A stretch of DNA of 63,893 nucleotides, counting the filler, from Octopus bimaculoides (taxonomy: Eukaryota): the NCBI RefSeq assembly GCF_001194135.2. It is 7 parts of 7 records of this genome, joined end to end, with 100 filler letters (N's around TTAATTAATTAA, not from the genome) between each part and the next. Parts side by side here need not be neighbours in the genome. Positions count along the whole stretch, not along the records: positions 1 to 8,609 come from NC_069006.1; positions 8,710 to 22,233 come from NC_069010.1; 5 more parts are not named here. One strand, written 5' to 3'. Shown piece after piece: positions 1 to 12,369 of the stretch. How positions within the stretch are numbered: the first letter of the stretch is position 1; each line of letters opens with the position of its first letter. The translations under genes were made by a program, and so were the position numbers. The notes beneath the pieces were generated by a model. The model did not search any database. It saw only the letters and a list, made by a program, of their open reading frames with translations, and had not been told where the DNA came from.

Positions 1-520
1 AGAAAAGCACCACTGATGCTATATTTTTGGTAAGGCAGCTGCAGGAGAAATACCTAGCGCAGAGGGAGCCTCGATCGGCGTTCGTGCCCTTTTCGAACGG
101 GGCTGCGGTCAGGACAAGACGTGTTAAGCGACGGCCTAGGTTTGGGAAGGTTTGAGAGAAGCAGCTGCTATACCTGGTGTACCTTGGGTCGGGGCAAGCT
201 TCGAGGATCGGATATCGCAAGACGGACTCCCAGTAGAGGAAAGGAAAACCGAGGTAAGGCGATTACATCTACTCGTACGCACACACCACACTCTGTACCT
301 GGCTTTTGTTGATATGGAGAAAGCCTTTGACAGGGTCCCCTGATCCCTTATCTGGTGGTCAACGAGGAAACTAGGGATAGATGAATGGTTAGTGAGAGCT
401 GTGCAAGCCATGTACAGGGACGCTGTCAGTAAGTTGAGTGTTGGCAACGAGTACAGTGAAGAATCCCTGATAGAGGTAGGTGTCAACCAAAGTTCAGTTC
501 TCAGCTCCCTCAGATTGGAG
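1..520 (+). mobile_element. RTE-clade LINE reverse transcriptase fragment, interrupted by a ~230 bp unrelated insert
   Basis: Translates KSTTDAIFLVRQLQEKYL...LYLAFVDMEKAFDRVP...VRAVQAMYRDAVSK; near-identical to the copy at 2150-2645. Confidence 0.9.
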
Positions 521-622
521 CCTAGTGCAGCCATCTTGTTCACCAGTCCTCAGTCAAATCGTCCAACCCATGCTAGCATGGAAAGCAGACGTTAAACGAT
601 TATGATGATGATGATGATGATG
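521..622 (+). mobile_element. RTE-type 3' tail ending in (GAT)n
   Basis: gtcaaatcgtccaacccatgctagcatggaaagcagacgttaaacga followed by (tga)n; same tail at about 2810, 10770 (minus) and 33410. Confidence 0.85.
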
Positions 623-657
<35 letters not shown>

Positions 658-725
658 TACATACACACATATATATATATATATATATCTACATCTATCT
701 ATCTATATATATATGCATATCTATA

Positions 726-779
<54 letters not shown>

Positions 780-1059
780 TACACATATATATACATACAC
801 ATACATGTATATACACACACATTTTGAATAATATATTTTTATTTATATTTATATACAATATACGTATATAGGTGTTGTGTGCATATATATATGTGGGTGT
901 GTTTATGTCCACATATTGCATTTGGTGAACAATAGTGTTTCATTGGTCGATGGTTTCCACTGGACAACCAATCATTTGTTTACAGGATCTTGCGTACAAT
1001 AGGCACAGGCATGTGCCTATTGTATATATTTATATGCAATGTAACAATAATAATAACAA

Positions 1060-1282
1060 TAATCCCTTCTACTAAAGGCACAAGGCCTTAAATTTTTGGG
1101 GGAGTGGACTAGTTGATTACACCCCCTTCCCCCTATGTGCAACTGGTATTTATTTCATTGCTCTCACAGGAATGAAAGGCAAAGTTGACCTCAGTAGGAC
1201 TTGAACTCAGAACATGAAGATGGATGAAATGCTGCTAAGCATTTTGTCTGGCATGCTAACAATTCTGCCAGCTTGTTGCCTT
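1060..1282 (-). mobile_element. tRNA-derived SINE, family B
   Basis: Shared core gagttcaaat..gaggtcgactttgcctttcatcc and (TTA)n tail; further copies at about 4165-4345, 11430-11600, 23100-23315 and 28265-28440 (all minus). Confidence 0.8.
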
Positions 1283-1309
1283 AATAATAATAATAATAAT
1301 AATAATAAT

Positions 1310-1473
1310 AGGCGTAGGAGTGGCTGTGTGGTATGTAGCTTGCTTACGAACCACATGGTTCCGGGTTCAATCTCACTGTGTGACACCTTGGGCAAGTGTC
1401 TTCTACTATAGCCTCGGGCCGACCAAAGCCTTGTGAGTGGATTTGGTAGACGGAAACTGAAAGAAGCCCGTCG

Positions 1474-1508
<35 letters not shown>

Positions 1509-1697
1509 TTGTCCCCCCAACATCGCTTGACAACCGATGCTAGTGTGTTTAGGTCCCCATAACTTAGCAGTTCGGCAAAAGAGGCTGATAGAATAAGTAC
1601 TAGGCTTACAAAGAATAAGTCCTGGGGTTGATTTGCTCGACTAAAGGCGGTGCTCCCACATGGCCACAGTCAAATGATTGAAACAAGTAAAAGAGTA
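1310..1697 (+). mobile_element. tRNA-derived SINE, family A, full length with internal (TA)n
   Basis: A-box-like tggctgtgtgg, B-box-like ggttcaatc, central microsatellite, tail aaggcggtgctc.cagcatggccacagtcaaatga.tgaaacaagtaaaag. Confidence 0.9.
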
Positions 1698-2108
1698 ACA
1701 GATATAGTTGTCAGAGATCATCAAGAAAAGAAATATTTTCTAATTGGTGTATGAATACCAACTGATGACAATGTTTCTCTAAAAGAAATGAAGACACTTT
1801 CAAAATACAAAGATCTGGAAATAGAGCTAACTCAAATGTGGAGTCTAAAAACAGAAACAATTAGGCGAGTTGGGTATGATAAAAAAAACATTCAGACAAA
1901 TACATAACAAAAACATAAGGACTTACAAGTATATATAACATACAGAAAATAGCACTACTAGGCACTGCACATGTCTTACATAAAACACTTTCAATACAGT
2001 AAAAATAAGAGCACCACAGCACATACCCAAGGCACACAGAGCTGCACTTAATAGTGCAGTGAAAGCACGTGCTAAAATTAGTCTACTGAATGATAATAAT
2101 AATAATAA
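1698..2108 (+). mobile_element. 3' end of RLE-endonuclease non-LTR retrotransposon (R4/Dong/NeSL-like) with 3' UTR and (TAA)n tail
   Basis: Degenerate translation DIVVRDHQEKKYFLI..IPTDDNVSLKE...SKYKDLEIELTQMWSLKTET...IQKIALLGTAHVL, the PD-(D/E)xK-type C-terminus. Confidence 0.8.
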
Positions 2109-2109
2109 G

Positions 2110-2648
2110 TCACGGAGAGGGTCAATGAAAGTCATGGAGAGGGTCATAGCCCAACTACTCGGGGAGCAGGTCAGTTGAGATGAGATGCAATTTGGGTTCG
2201 TGCCTGGGAAAAGCACCACTGATGCTATATTTCTGGTAAGACAGCTTCAGGAGAAATACCTAGCCAAGGATAAACCTCTGTACCTGGCTTTCGTTGACAT
2301 GGAGAAAACCTTCGACAGGGTCCCCTGATCCCTCATCTGGTGCTCAATGAGGAAACTAGGGATAGAAGAATGGTTAGTGAGAGCTGTGTGAGCCATGTAC
2401 AGAGACGCTGTCAGTAAGGTGAGGGTTGGCAATGAGTACAGTGAAGAACTCCGGGTAGAGGTAGGGGTCCACCAAGGTTCTGTCCTCAGCCCCCTCCTAT
2501 TTATCATAGTCCTCCAGGCTATAACAGAGGAATTCAAGACAGGATGCCCCTGGGAGCTCCTCTATGCTGATGACCTTGCACTAATTGCTGAGTCACTATC
2601 AGAACTAGAGGAGAAGTTTCAGGTGTGGAAGCAAGGACTAGAATCGTG
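2110..2648 (+). mobile_element. RTE-clade LINE RT fragment
   Basis: ORF 2395-2649 VGVHQGSVLSPLLFIIVLQAITEEFKTGCPWELLYADDLALIAE contains RT motifs QG..LSP and YADD. Confidence 0.95.
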
Positions 2649-2649
2649 A

Positions 2650-2872
2650 CTGTTGCTAGTATCGCCTGGCTGGCCTTCGTGCGGGTGACACGTAAAGGCA
2701 CCTACTACACTCTCGGAGTGGTTGGCGTTAGGAAGGGCATCCAACTGTAGAAACTCTGCCAAATCACATTGGAGCCTGGTGTAGCCTTCGGGTTCCACCA
2801 GTCCTCAGTCAAATCGTCCAACCCATGCTAGCATGGAAAGCGGACGTTAAACGATGATGATGATGATGATGA
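2650..2872 (+). mobile_element. RTE-related 3' end / SINE (family C)
   Basis: ggagtggttggcgttaggaagggcatccaactgtagaaactctgcc...aaacgatgatg; other copies at about 10290-10430, 10760-11085, 22370-22555 and 33170-33465. Confidence 0.8.
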
Positions 2873-2884
2873 TAATAATAATAA

Positions 2885-3035
2885 TGCACACATCCTATGT
2901 TAAAAAACTTTCAATACAATGAATATATGAGCACCGCAACAAACCACAGCACACACCCAAGACACACAGAGCTGCGCTCGGTAGTGCAATGAAAGCATGT
3001 GATAAGTATAAGACTACTGAATAATAATAAGAAGA
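2885..3035 (+). mobile_element. Short 5'-truncated R4/Dong-like 3' end between TAA repeats
   Basis: Matches 1965-2105 (gcacacatcc..aaaactttcaatac..cacagagctgcgctcggtagtgc); (TAA)n on both sides. Confidence 0.75.
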
Positions 3036-3414
3036 AGATGAATAAAAGAAAAGAAGAGAAAACTGAAAATAGTTGTAGAAAACACAAACATGGAAATATA
3101 TAAATAAAATGAATGTAATTCTAAAAATAAGATTTTTTAAAAATACACAGAAAGCAACAATTTTGAAGAAATTCCAGTGTTGTTTTGTTCATTGGTGCCA
3201 AGGTTTGGCAGAGAAAATAGTTCTTGTGAGACTACCGGCACAACTGATTACAAAGTTTGGTTTGCAGTTATGTGCATCTGAGCCTGATCCCACTTCATGT
3301 AGGGCCAGGCATGGGCCATAGTTCTGTGGTCCCCTTAACTCAAAGAAGTTAAAAATTTTTTTTTGTATATATTTTCAGCAATCAAATAAAATAATTAATT
3401 TTTTTTTCTACTTA

Positions 3415-3813
3415 TTCTTTTATTCTTTCACACGTTCCAATCATTTGACTGCGGCCATGCTGGAGCACCACCTTAAAGGGGTTTTAGTCGAAGAAATTGA
3501 CCGCAGGACTTATTCTTTGTAAGCCTAGTACTTACTCTATCATCTCTTTTGCTGAACCACTAAGTTACAGGGACATAAAGACACCAGCATCAGTTGTCAA
3601 GCGATGGTGGTGGTGGTGGGGACAAGCACAGATGCAAATACATAAATATATACGATGGGCTTCTTTCAGTTTCCATCTACCAAATTCACTCACAAGGCTT
3701 TGGTTGGCCCAAGGCTATAGTAAAAGAGACTTACCCAAGGTTCCATGCAGTGGGATTGAACCCAGAACCATGTAGTTAGGAAGCAAGCTTCTTGCCACAC
3801 AGCCACACCTGCA
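3415..3813 (-). mobile_element. SINE family A
   Basis: Reverse complement of the 1310-1697 element. Confidence 0.85.
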
Positions 3814-4343
3814 CCTTGTGTAAATCTTCTTAATCCAATAGAATTCTTTTAAAATTATTAAGCCTTTTTTACATATAAAGGGTCCTTTTACATTTAACAT
3901 AATTTAAAATCTGAGTCCCTCTGAATCTACTAAGGCCTTGTAAATTTTGGGGTTTTTCTAAACTGTTTGGTATCCTAAATTTAATGGGGAGTATATTGTT
4001 TGTGATGCATGTGCCTGGTGTACCCTTATCAGATGGGTTGTCATGATGGGTATACTGGGCTTCGTATATTTGTACCTTAGTGTCACTTTGATGGGATGCG
4101 CTGCTCTCTCACACAATAAGGATGATGTTTTCAAATTTTGCCACAAGGGCTACACTTTTAGAGGAGGAGATGAGTCGATTACATCAACCCCAGTGTTCAA
4201 CTGGTACTTATTTTATTGACTCCGAAAGGATGAAAGGCAAAGTTGACCTTGACGGAATTTGAACTCAGAATGTAGCAACAGAAGAAATACTGCTAAGCGT
4301 TTCGTCCGGTGCGCTAACAATTCTGCCAGCTCACTGCCTTAAC

Positions 4344-4387
<44 letters not shown>

Positions 4388-5051
4388 GTAGTAGTAGTAA
4401 TAGTAATATCGCTTCTTTTATTTGCCACAAGGGCAGCAAATAGGAGACATTACAAAGAGAAGTTGCATAACAATGGAGGTTATTCTATTATCAAGTGAGA
4501 AAAAAACAAAATACAAAAATAAAATAAACCCTCCCCACCCCTGCCACAAAAAAAAACAAGATAAATGACATATGAGTCAGATGCTAATAATAAATATAAA
4601 ACAATATAAAAAAGAATCTCTGTGCCAAAAGGGATATCAGAACTCTTTCTCTCTCTCTGTTGTGTGTGCTGTTGCTATGGATACCATCCAAGGTAGATAT
4701 CTGATTAAGCTATCCCCACCCCCGCTCAAATCCTATCTACAGTTCAAACACTTCAGCAACAGTGGTAGTGGTGGTCGTTGTTGTACTCGCAGTAGTTTTT
4801 GCTGTTGTTGTTGTCGTCATGGGTCCAGTGGTGGTTATCCAAATGAGCTGTTATCATGAAATGAAACTGTTGTTGGCCATTCAACAAACGAGGATATTTA
4901 TTGTCACCTTGGTTACTGGGTCGTAAACATATAAACATGTAAGTTGTTTGTATTGTTACATGTGTGCATGTGTGTGTTTGGGGGACAGGTGTTGAACAAT
5001 TGTATTGTATGTGTGTGTGTATACATACATTCATACACATATATATACATT

Positions 5052-5082
<31 letters not shown>

Positions 5083-5084
<2 letters not shown>

Positions 5085-5240
5085 GGTGTAGGTGTGATTT
5101 TGTGCTTCCAATCCACATGGTTCCGGGTTCAGTCCCACTGCATGGTACCTTGGGCAAGAGTCTTTTGCTATAGCTTTGAGCTGACAGACTTGTGAGTGGA
5201 TTTGGTAAGCAGAAACTGAAAGAAGCCTGTTACATATATA
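5083..5240 (+). mobile_element. SINE family A 5' half (matching 3' half at about 6100-6312)
   Basis: Head ggtgtaggtgtg..ggttcagtccc to gaaagaagcctg; tail sequence resumes at about 6100. Confidence 0.75.
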
Positions 5241-5481
5241 TATGTATGTATATATACATATATACACTTTTTTTGTATTTGTGTATTAAGGCTAACATTG
5301 GTTTCATGTTAAAAAAATACCTTAAACAATATTTTCTTAACATGAAATCAATTGTAACTTTAATATACAAATAAAGGATCTTTATCTGCCAATGCAGTGG
5401 TGAGCACTTATTTTCATTGTTCAACATTTATGTGTGTGTGTGTATATATATATATTTATATATATATATATACATACACAC

Positions 5482-5732
5482 ATATTGTTGCTATTATGCA
5501 AAAATGTTGTAATTCCAAAACGTTGCTTTTTTTTTTCGGAAAACAAAAAAATAGTTTCACCATTCGATAGCAAAACTGTTGTACTACACTTTGCCAATTT
5601 TTGATATCTTGGCAGGTGAAAATATGATAGTTTGACCAAAAGAACCAGCTATTGCAAGCAAAAATAAATATAGAAAAAAGCACATTTGGCCAAATTCGGA
5701 CATACGACAGTTTAACATAATAGCAACAATAT
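5482..5732. mobile_element. MITE with 17-bp terminal inverted repeats
   Basis: atattgttgctattatg (5482-5498) and cataatagcaacaatat (5716-5732) are exact reverse complements. Confidence 0.7.
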
Positions 5733-5791
5733 ATATATGGGTGTGTGTGTGCTTATATACATATATATAAATATATCCATGTATATATATA

Positions 5792-5918
5792 CAGGGTGTC
5801 CACAAAGTCTGGGTACATAGGGATTAACATATACTTTAAGAAATTATTATTTCTTATATTTAATTGTTTATGTTATGATTTTATTTACTCCATGTACCCA
5901 GACCTTGTGGACACCCTG
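5792..5918. mobile_element. Tc1/mariner-type MITE
   Basis: 26-bp TIRs cagggtgtccacaaagtctgggtaca / tgtacccagaccttgtggacaccctg, TA on both flanks. Confidence 0.9.
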
Positions 5919-6944
5919 TATATTACATCTACATATATATATCTACATAAATACCATATATGTGTGGTGGGTGTGTATGTATATATACATATATGTATAT
6001 ACCTAATTTTAGGCGTTGATGTTATGTACACATATATTCATGTGTGTGAATGTCTGTATGCATGCATGTATGTATATGTGTGTGTGTGAATGTATGTGTC
6101 TTTAGGTCTGTGTTTGTTCCCTCACCATCACTTGATGTGTTTATGTCCCTGTAACTTAGTGGTTCAGCAAAAGTCACCGATTGAATAAGTATCAGGTTTT
6201 AAAATACAAAAAATAAGTCCTGGGGCTGATTCCTTTGGCTAAAACTTCTTCAAGGTGCTGCCCCAGCATGGCCACAGTCCAATGACTGAAACAGGTGAAA
6301 GATAAAAGATAAAGCTGCATATGCAGACAGTTGTTCTTCCGCATGTTTGGATATGATAAGGGTTGTGAAGTATATTAAAACTATATCACATGAATTAAAC
6401 ATTACCTTTATAGAGTAACAAATAGCCCATCCCAGGGGAAAATTTTGAGTAGACTTTCAACATTTGATATTACACACACACACCTACATATAGATATAAT
6501 GGACTCCCCTGTTGAAGACAACATATGGGTGTTCACTTTATGCTGAATGTCCTACATAGATAATTTGTTTATAGTAATGAAATGTATGTGTTGTACATAG
6601 GCTTACTCCCTCTATCAGATCAACATTGACTTAATGGGTTTACCGTGGACTACGTGCCAGATGTTCAAGTGATTTCAGAGCAATGTTGCTCAAAAATACA
6701 ACACTCCACCTGGTCTAGGAATTGAAACCATGATCTCGCGATTGTGAGTTCAGCACCCAAACGACTAGGCCATGCATTTTCACACACACACACATATATT
6801 TAGGACAGCTGTATAAAGAAGTGCCAATCTCTAACTGTGGAGGGAACTTGTGGTAGAGGTAGACCCAGGAAGACCTCACAGAGGCAATGACTAGTGACCG
6901 AGACCTTTGGCGATATGCTGTGCTTGAGATGACTCGTCAAGCCA

Positions 6945-7570
6945 AGTGAAATTGTGTGCCACACTCCAGGGAGAAAAACTAGAAGTAGTTGATAGCTTCC
7001 GCTACCTATGGGACCAAGTTTGTAGCGGGGGAGGGTGCACTGAAAGTGTAGCTGCTAGAATAAGAATAGCCTGGGCAAAGTTTAGAGAGCTCTTACCTCT
7101 GCTGGTGACAAACGACCTCTCATTCAGAGTAAAAGGCACACTGTATGACGCATGTGTACGAACAGCCATGCTACATGGCAGTGAAACATGGACTATGACT
7201 GCTGAGGACATGCGTAAGCTCGCAAGAAACGAAGCCAGTATGCTCCGATGGATGTATAATGTCAGTGTGCATACTAGACAGAGTGTAAGTACCCTGAGAG
7301 AAAAGTTAGACCTAAGAAGCATCAGGTGTGGTGTGCAGAGAGACAATTGCGTTGGTATGGACATGTGGTGAGAATGGATGAGGATAGCTATGTGAAAAAG
7401 TGCCGCACCCTAGCAGTTGAGGGAACCTGTGGAAGAGGTAGACCCAGGAAGACCTGGGATGAGGTGGTGAAGCACGACCTTCGAACTTTAGGCCTCACCG
7501 AGGCAACGACCAGTGACCAGGACCTTTGGAAATATACAGTACGTGAGAAGACCTGGCAAGGCAAGTGAGA
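6945..7570 (+). mobile_element. RTE LINE 3' coding fragment
   Basis: LEVVDSFRYL..RIRIAWAKFRELLPLL..LYDACVRTAMLHGSETW..QLRWYGHVVRM..GRGRPRKTW. Confidence 0.95.
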
Positions 7571-8571
7571 GCATAATCTGTGACCTCTGCCAGAAGTGTA
7601 GCCATCTCACTTATTCGTATCTTACTTCATTGGACATTAAAAACTCTGCTTGCGAAGACCTGTTGAGGCAAGTGAATTTGGAATTTGAAATTTGAGTGTG
7701 TGTGTGTATGTGTATGTATATAAATATATATACAATGGACTTCTTTTAGTTTCTGCCTACCAAATACACTCACAAGGTTTTGGTTGGCCTTAGGCTATGT
7801 GAGAAGACTCTTGGCCAAGGTACCACACAGTGGGACTGAACCCAGGATCATGTGGTTGGGAAACAAGCTTCTAGCTACACAGCTATACTTGCACCTAGCT
7901 ACGCCTGTGCATCTACAGAAAAGATAAATTTGCTTGTCTAAATCCTTCAAGGTGGTGCTCCAGCATGGCTGCAACTCTGTCAACTGAGACAAGTAAAATA
8001 TAAAGAAATAACTCGTGCCATGCTTACACTGTGTGCTTTAGGTGACCATGTTGGGATGGACAAACACAGGCAGATGCCCTTTCAGTCCCTCTCAAACTTG
8101 ACCTGGTGGAGCAACCACGATGTGACAGATAGAGGAGAGAGGGAAAGAGAGCAACCCCATTACATAGCTGGTACTTATTTATCGCTGTGTAAACTGAAGC
8201 AAAGCGAAAAACAAGTTCACCTGCTTAAAGAAACAACATGCACCCTGTTACAGAAATTGAACCCATGACGTTGGGATCTTAAGCTGAACACTCTAACCTG
8301 CAGACCACACACATTTGACCAGAAAAAACAAAAATACAAACAAAAAAAATAAATGAAATAATAACAATAATTTAACTCGTTCAATGATTTCTTACATTAG
8401 TCTAAGGCGACACTGAACTTCTGTCCTGGGGCTGCGTCAATGGCGAACTTGTTTGTCAACTTCACGGCTTTCAAACGTATTTCCTTTTCATTCATAATCA
8501 ATTGTACACGCATTGTACACACACACCTATATTTATGTATCTATACTATAAAAGGCATTACATAATAAATG

Positions 8572-8609
<38 letters not shown>

Positions 8610-8709
8610 NNNNNNNNNNNNNNNNNNNNNNNNNNNNNNNNNNNNNNNNNNNNTTAATTAATTAANNNNNNNNNNNNNNNNNNNNNNNNNNNNNNNNNNN
8701 NNNNNNNNN

Positions 8710-8768
<59 letters not shown>

Positions 8769-8934
8769 TTTGGGGGGGTTTCTTGTCGATCCATTTGTAC
8801 CTAAATTGCAGTGATTGTGAATTATTTACTTAGAAACATACACCCACACATCTGAATAACAGATGGGATGGTCACAGCTGTAAATACTTCTGATCATTGA
8901 TCTGCTGGACATGGGGGTTAAGCAACAACCACAA

Positions 8935-10270
8935 GGATTGACACGTCAGATAATGTAATCCTAGATACACTATGTCTGAATGAAAGACAGGATGGTTACA
9001 GAGGGATCAGCTTTCATCATTGGTCCGTTGGATCGTTGTATTAGGACTGACCTGGGGCTAAACAACAAGGAAGGACACATTAGATTATGTAATCCTAGAT
9101 ACACTATGTCTGGATAAAAGACAGGATGGTCATAGCTGGAACATCTTTGATCATAGGTCAGCTGGATCAGGACAGACCTAGGGCTAAACAAGGAAAGACA
9201 CATTAGATAATGTAGTCCTAGATACACAATGTCCGAATAAAAGACCATAGCAGGGACTGACCTGAGGTGCGACAAGGAAGGACACATTAGATAATGTAGT
9301 CCTAGATACACTATGTCTGAATAAAAGACAGGATGGTCACAGTTGGAGCATCTTTGATCGTAGGTCAGCTGGATCAGGACAGACCTAGGGCTAAACAAGG
9401 AAAGACACATTAGATAATGTAGTCCTAGATACACAATGTCCGAATAAAAGACCATAGCAGGGACATCTTTGATCATTGGTCTAACTGGATCTAGAGTGAC
9501 CTGGGGCTAAACAACAAGGAAGGACACATTAGATAATGTAGTCCTAGATACACTATGCCTGAATAAAAGACAGGATGGTCACAGCTGGAACATCTTTGAT
9601 CATAGGTCTGCCTGGATGAGGCTGACCTGGGGCTAAACAACAAGAACAAGGAACGTCACATAAAATAATGTAGTCCTAGATACACTATGCCGGAATAAAA
9701 GACAGGATGGTCACAGCTGGGAACATTTTTGATCATAGGTCTGCCTGGATCAGGATTAACCTGGGGTTAAACAGCAACAAGGAAGGACACATTAGATAAT
9801 GTAGTCCTAGATACACTATGTTTGAATAAAAGACAAGATGGTCACGGTTGGAACATCTTTGATCATAGGTCTGCCTGGATGAGGCTGACCTGGGGCTAAA
9901 CAACAAGAACAAGGAAGGACACATTAGATAATGTAGTCCTAGATACACTATGGCGGAATAAAAGACAGGATGGTCACATTTGGAACATCTTTGATCATAG
10001 GTCTGCTGGATCAGGACTGACCTGGGGTTAAACAACAAGAACAAGGAAGGACACATTAGATAATGTAGTCCTAGATACACTATGTTTGAATAAAAGACCA
10101 TATCTGGAACATCTTTGATCATTAGTCTAACTGGATCTAGAGTGAGCTGGGGCTAAACAATAAGGTGGGACACATTAGATAATGTAGTCCTAGATACACT
10201 GTACCTGAATACAGGATGGCCATAGCTGGAACGACTTTGATTACAAGCCTGACCTGGGGATATAAACCAC
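8935..10270 (+). repeat. Tandem array of about 11 units (84-134 bp) derived from a SINE 3' segment
   Basis: Marker cattagataatgtagtcctagatacac recurs at about 8947, 9078, 9201, 9285, 9408, 9527, 9658, 9790, 9922, 10054 and 10173. Confidence 0.95.
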
Positions 10271-10442
10271 AACAAATCATCGTCATCATTTAGCATGTGT
10301 TGTCCATGCTGGCATGGGTTGGACAGTTTGACCAAAGCTAGCAAGGCTGGAGAGCTACACCAGGCTCCAGTCTGATTTGGCTTGGTTTCTATAGCTGGAG
10401 GCCCTTCCTAACACCAACCATTTTACAGTGTGTACTGTCTAT

Positions 10443-10750
10443 TGGAGGCACATGGCCTAGAGGGTTGCACCAGCACTCGTGATCAAGGGATCACCGGTTT
10501 GAATCTCAAACCAGGTGATGTGTGTGCTTATGAGCGAAACACCTGAGCTCCACGTGACTCTGGCAGAAAGTAATAGCGAACTTCTGTCCATTTTTTGCCA
10601 CAACTTTCTTTCACTCTTTCGTCCTACATCTAGTAGCTCACCTGCGAAGGGTCAGCGTCCTATCCAGGTGGGGAACCTATTTGCCAATGAAACCGAGAAA
10701 CCAACCCTTATGAGCCAGGCATAGTTCGAGAAGGAACAAACAACAACACT
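10443..10750 (+). mobile_element. tRNA-Arg-like-headed SINE with (AAC)n tail
   Basis: Head ggaggcacatggcctagagggtt..actcgtgatc..ggtttgaatctc is similar to the head at 19264. Confidence 0.7.
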
Positions 10751-12369
10751 GTCTCGTCGTCGTCATTTAACGTCCGCTTCCCATGCTAGCATGGGTTGGA
10801 CGATTTGACTGAGGACTGGTGAAACCAGATGGCTACACCAGGCTCCAATCTGATTTGGCAGAGTTTCTACAGCTGGATGCCCTTCCTAACGCCAACCACT
10901 CTGTCTATTATATATAAATCCTCCTCCTCCTCATCATCATCATCATTTAACAGGTGTTGTCCATGCTGGCATGGGTTGGACAGTTTGACCAAAGCTAGCA
11001 AGCAGGAGAACTGCATTAGGCTCCAGTCTGATTTGGCTTGGTTTCTATAGCTGAATGCCCTTCCTAACACCAAACACCCAGCTGAGTGCCTTTTACATGG
11101 AATTGGCCTTTGTGCTATTACACGGTGCTAGCACAGGGCTTTCGCAGGTCAATCCTCTTCAGCACGGGAAGTGACCTTAACACTTCTGCTGTGGAGGACG
11201 GGGCCTTCTTGAGTACAGGAAGGCACCAGATATCTCAGTCTGACGGATTCATTTCAGTTTCTCTCTTCAGAATCCTTGCAAGGCTTTGGCCAGCCAGACG
11301 TGACAGCAGATGACACTCGATCAAGGTGCTGAACAGTGGGATTGAAACCAGAACCACGTGGATGCAAAGCAAACCTCCAACCGCACAGCCATGATTGCAC
11401 GTATGTCAGAAGTTCAAGAAATGCCATAAAAAATTCTGTCCGACATGTTAACGATTCTACCAGCTGGCCACCCTCATAATGCTTTCTACTAAGGGCAAAA
11501 GGCCTGAAGTTTTAGGGGGGGGGGAGATCTGTTGGTTATATCGAACCCAGTGCTCGACTGGTACTTATTTTAACAACCCTGAAAGGATGAAAGGCAAAGT
11601 CGACCCCTGGTGGCCACAGAAACCAAACCAAAACAGACTATGGAATATGGTGCGACCCCTGGCCTTGCCAGTTCTTATCAAGCCGTCCAACCCATGCTAG
11701 CATGGAAAATAGACATCTGATGATGATAATGGTGAATATTATTAAGGCAATGAGCTGGTATGAAATAAAGGGGGACGTTACAAGGACAGTTTATAATTTG
11801 TGGGGCTGGGGAATTATGTAAAAGATGAGGGGAAGAGGTTTATAATTTAATTCTTTTGTTTTTTTTTTAATTGTTTCAGTCGTTTGACTGACTGTAGCCC
11901 TGCTGGATCACCACCTCAAGGGGTTCCAATTGAAGAAATCGATCCCAGGACTTACTCTTTGTAAGCCTAGTACTTATCCTATCAGTCCCTTTTGCTGAAC
12001 CGCTAAGTTACAGGAATGTAAACACACCAGCATCGGTTGTTAAGCAATGGTGTGTGGGGACAAACGCAGAGAGTAACTATGGAACATAGTCGCACCATCT
12101 TCCATAGTCAATAACAACGAACCTGTTCAGATTGAAAGGTAAAGTTGTTGACCTTGGCAGAGAGCAGAAACGAATACTGCATAATAATCACTGGCATCGT
12201 TACTTGAATCGTTAGCACATCAAACAAAATGCTCAGCAGCATTTCTTCTGGCTCCTTTACGTTCCGAGTTCAAATTCCACTGAGGTCGACTTTACTTTTC
12301 ATCCTTCCAGGGTCAATGTGATCAACTTCACCCTCCCATCAGAAACTGTTGACCCTCAGTCAAAATTTA

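Noticed and set aside
602-921. ORFs rich in IY/TH/CV/ER repeats throughout the window
   Set aside because: Translations of (TA)n, (CA)n and (GA)n microsatellites.
8610-8709. TTAATTAATTAA embedded in 100-bp N gaps (also at about 22234, 51338, 54147, 59307 and 61920)
   Set aside because: Identical spacer in same-sized gaps: a scaffolding artefact, not biology.
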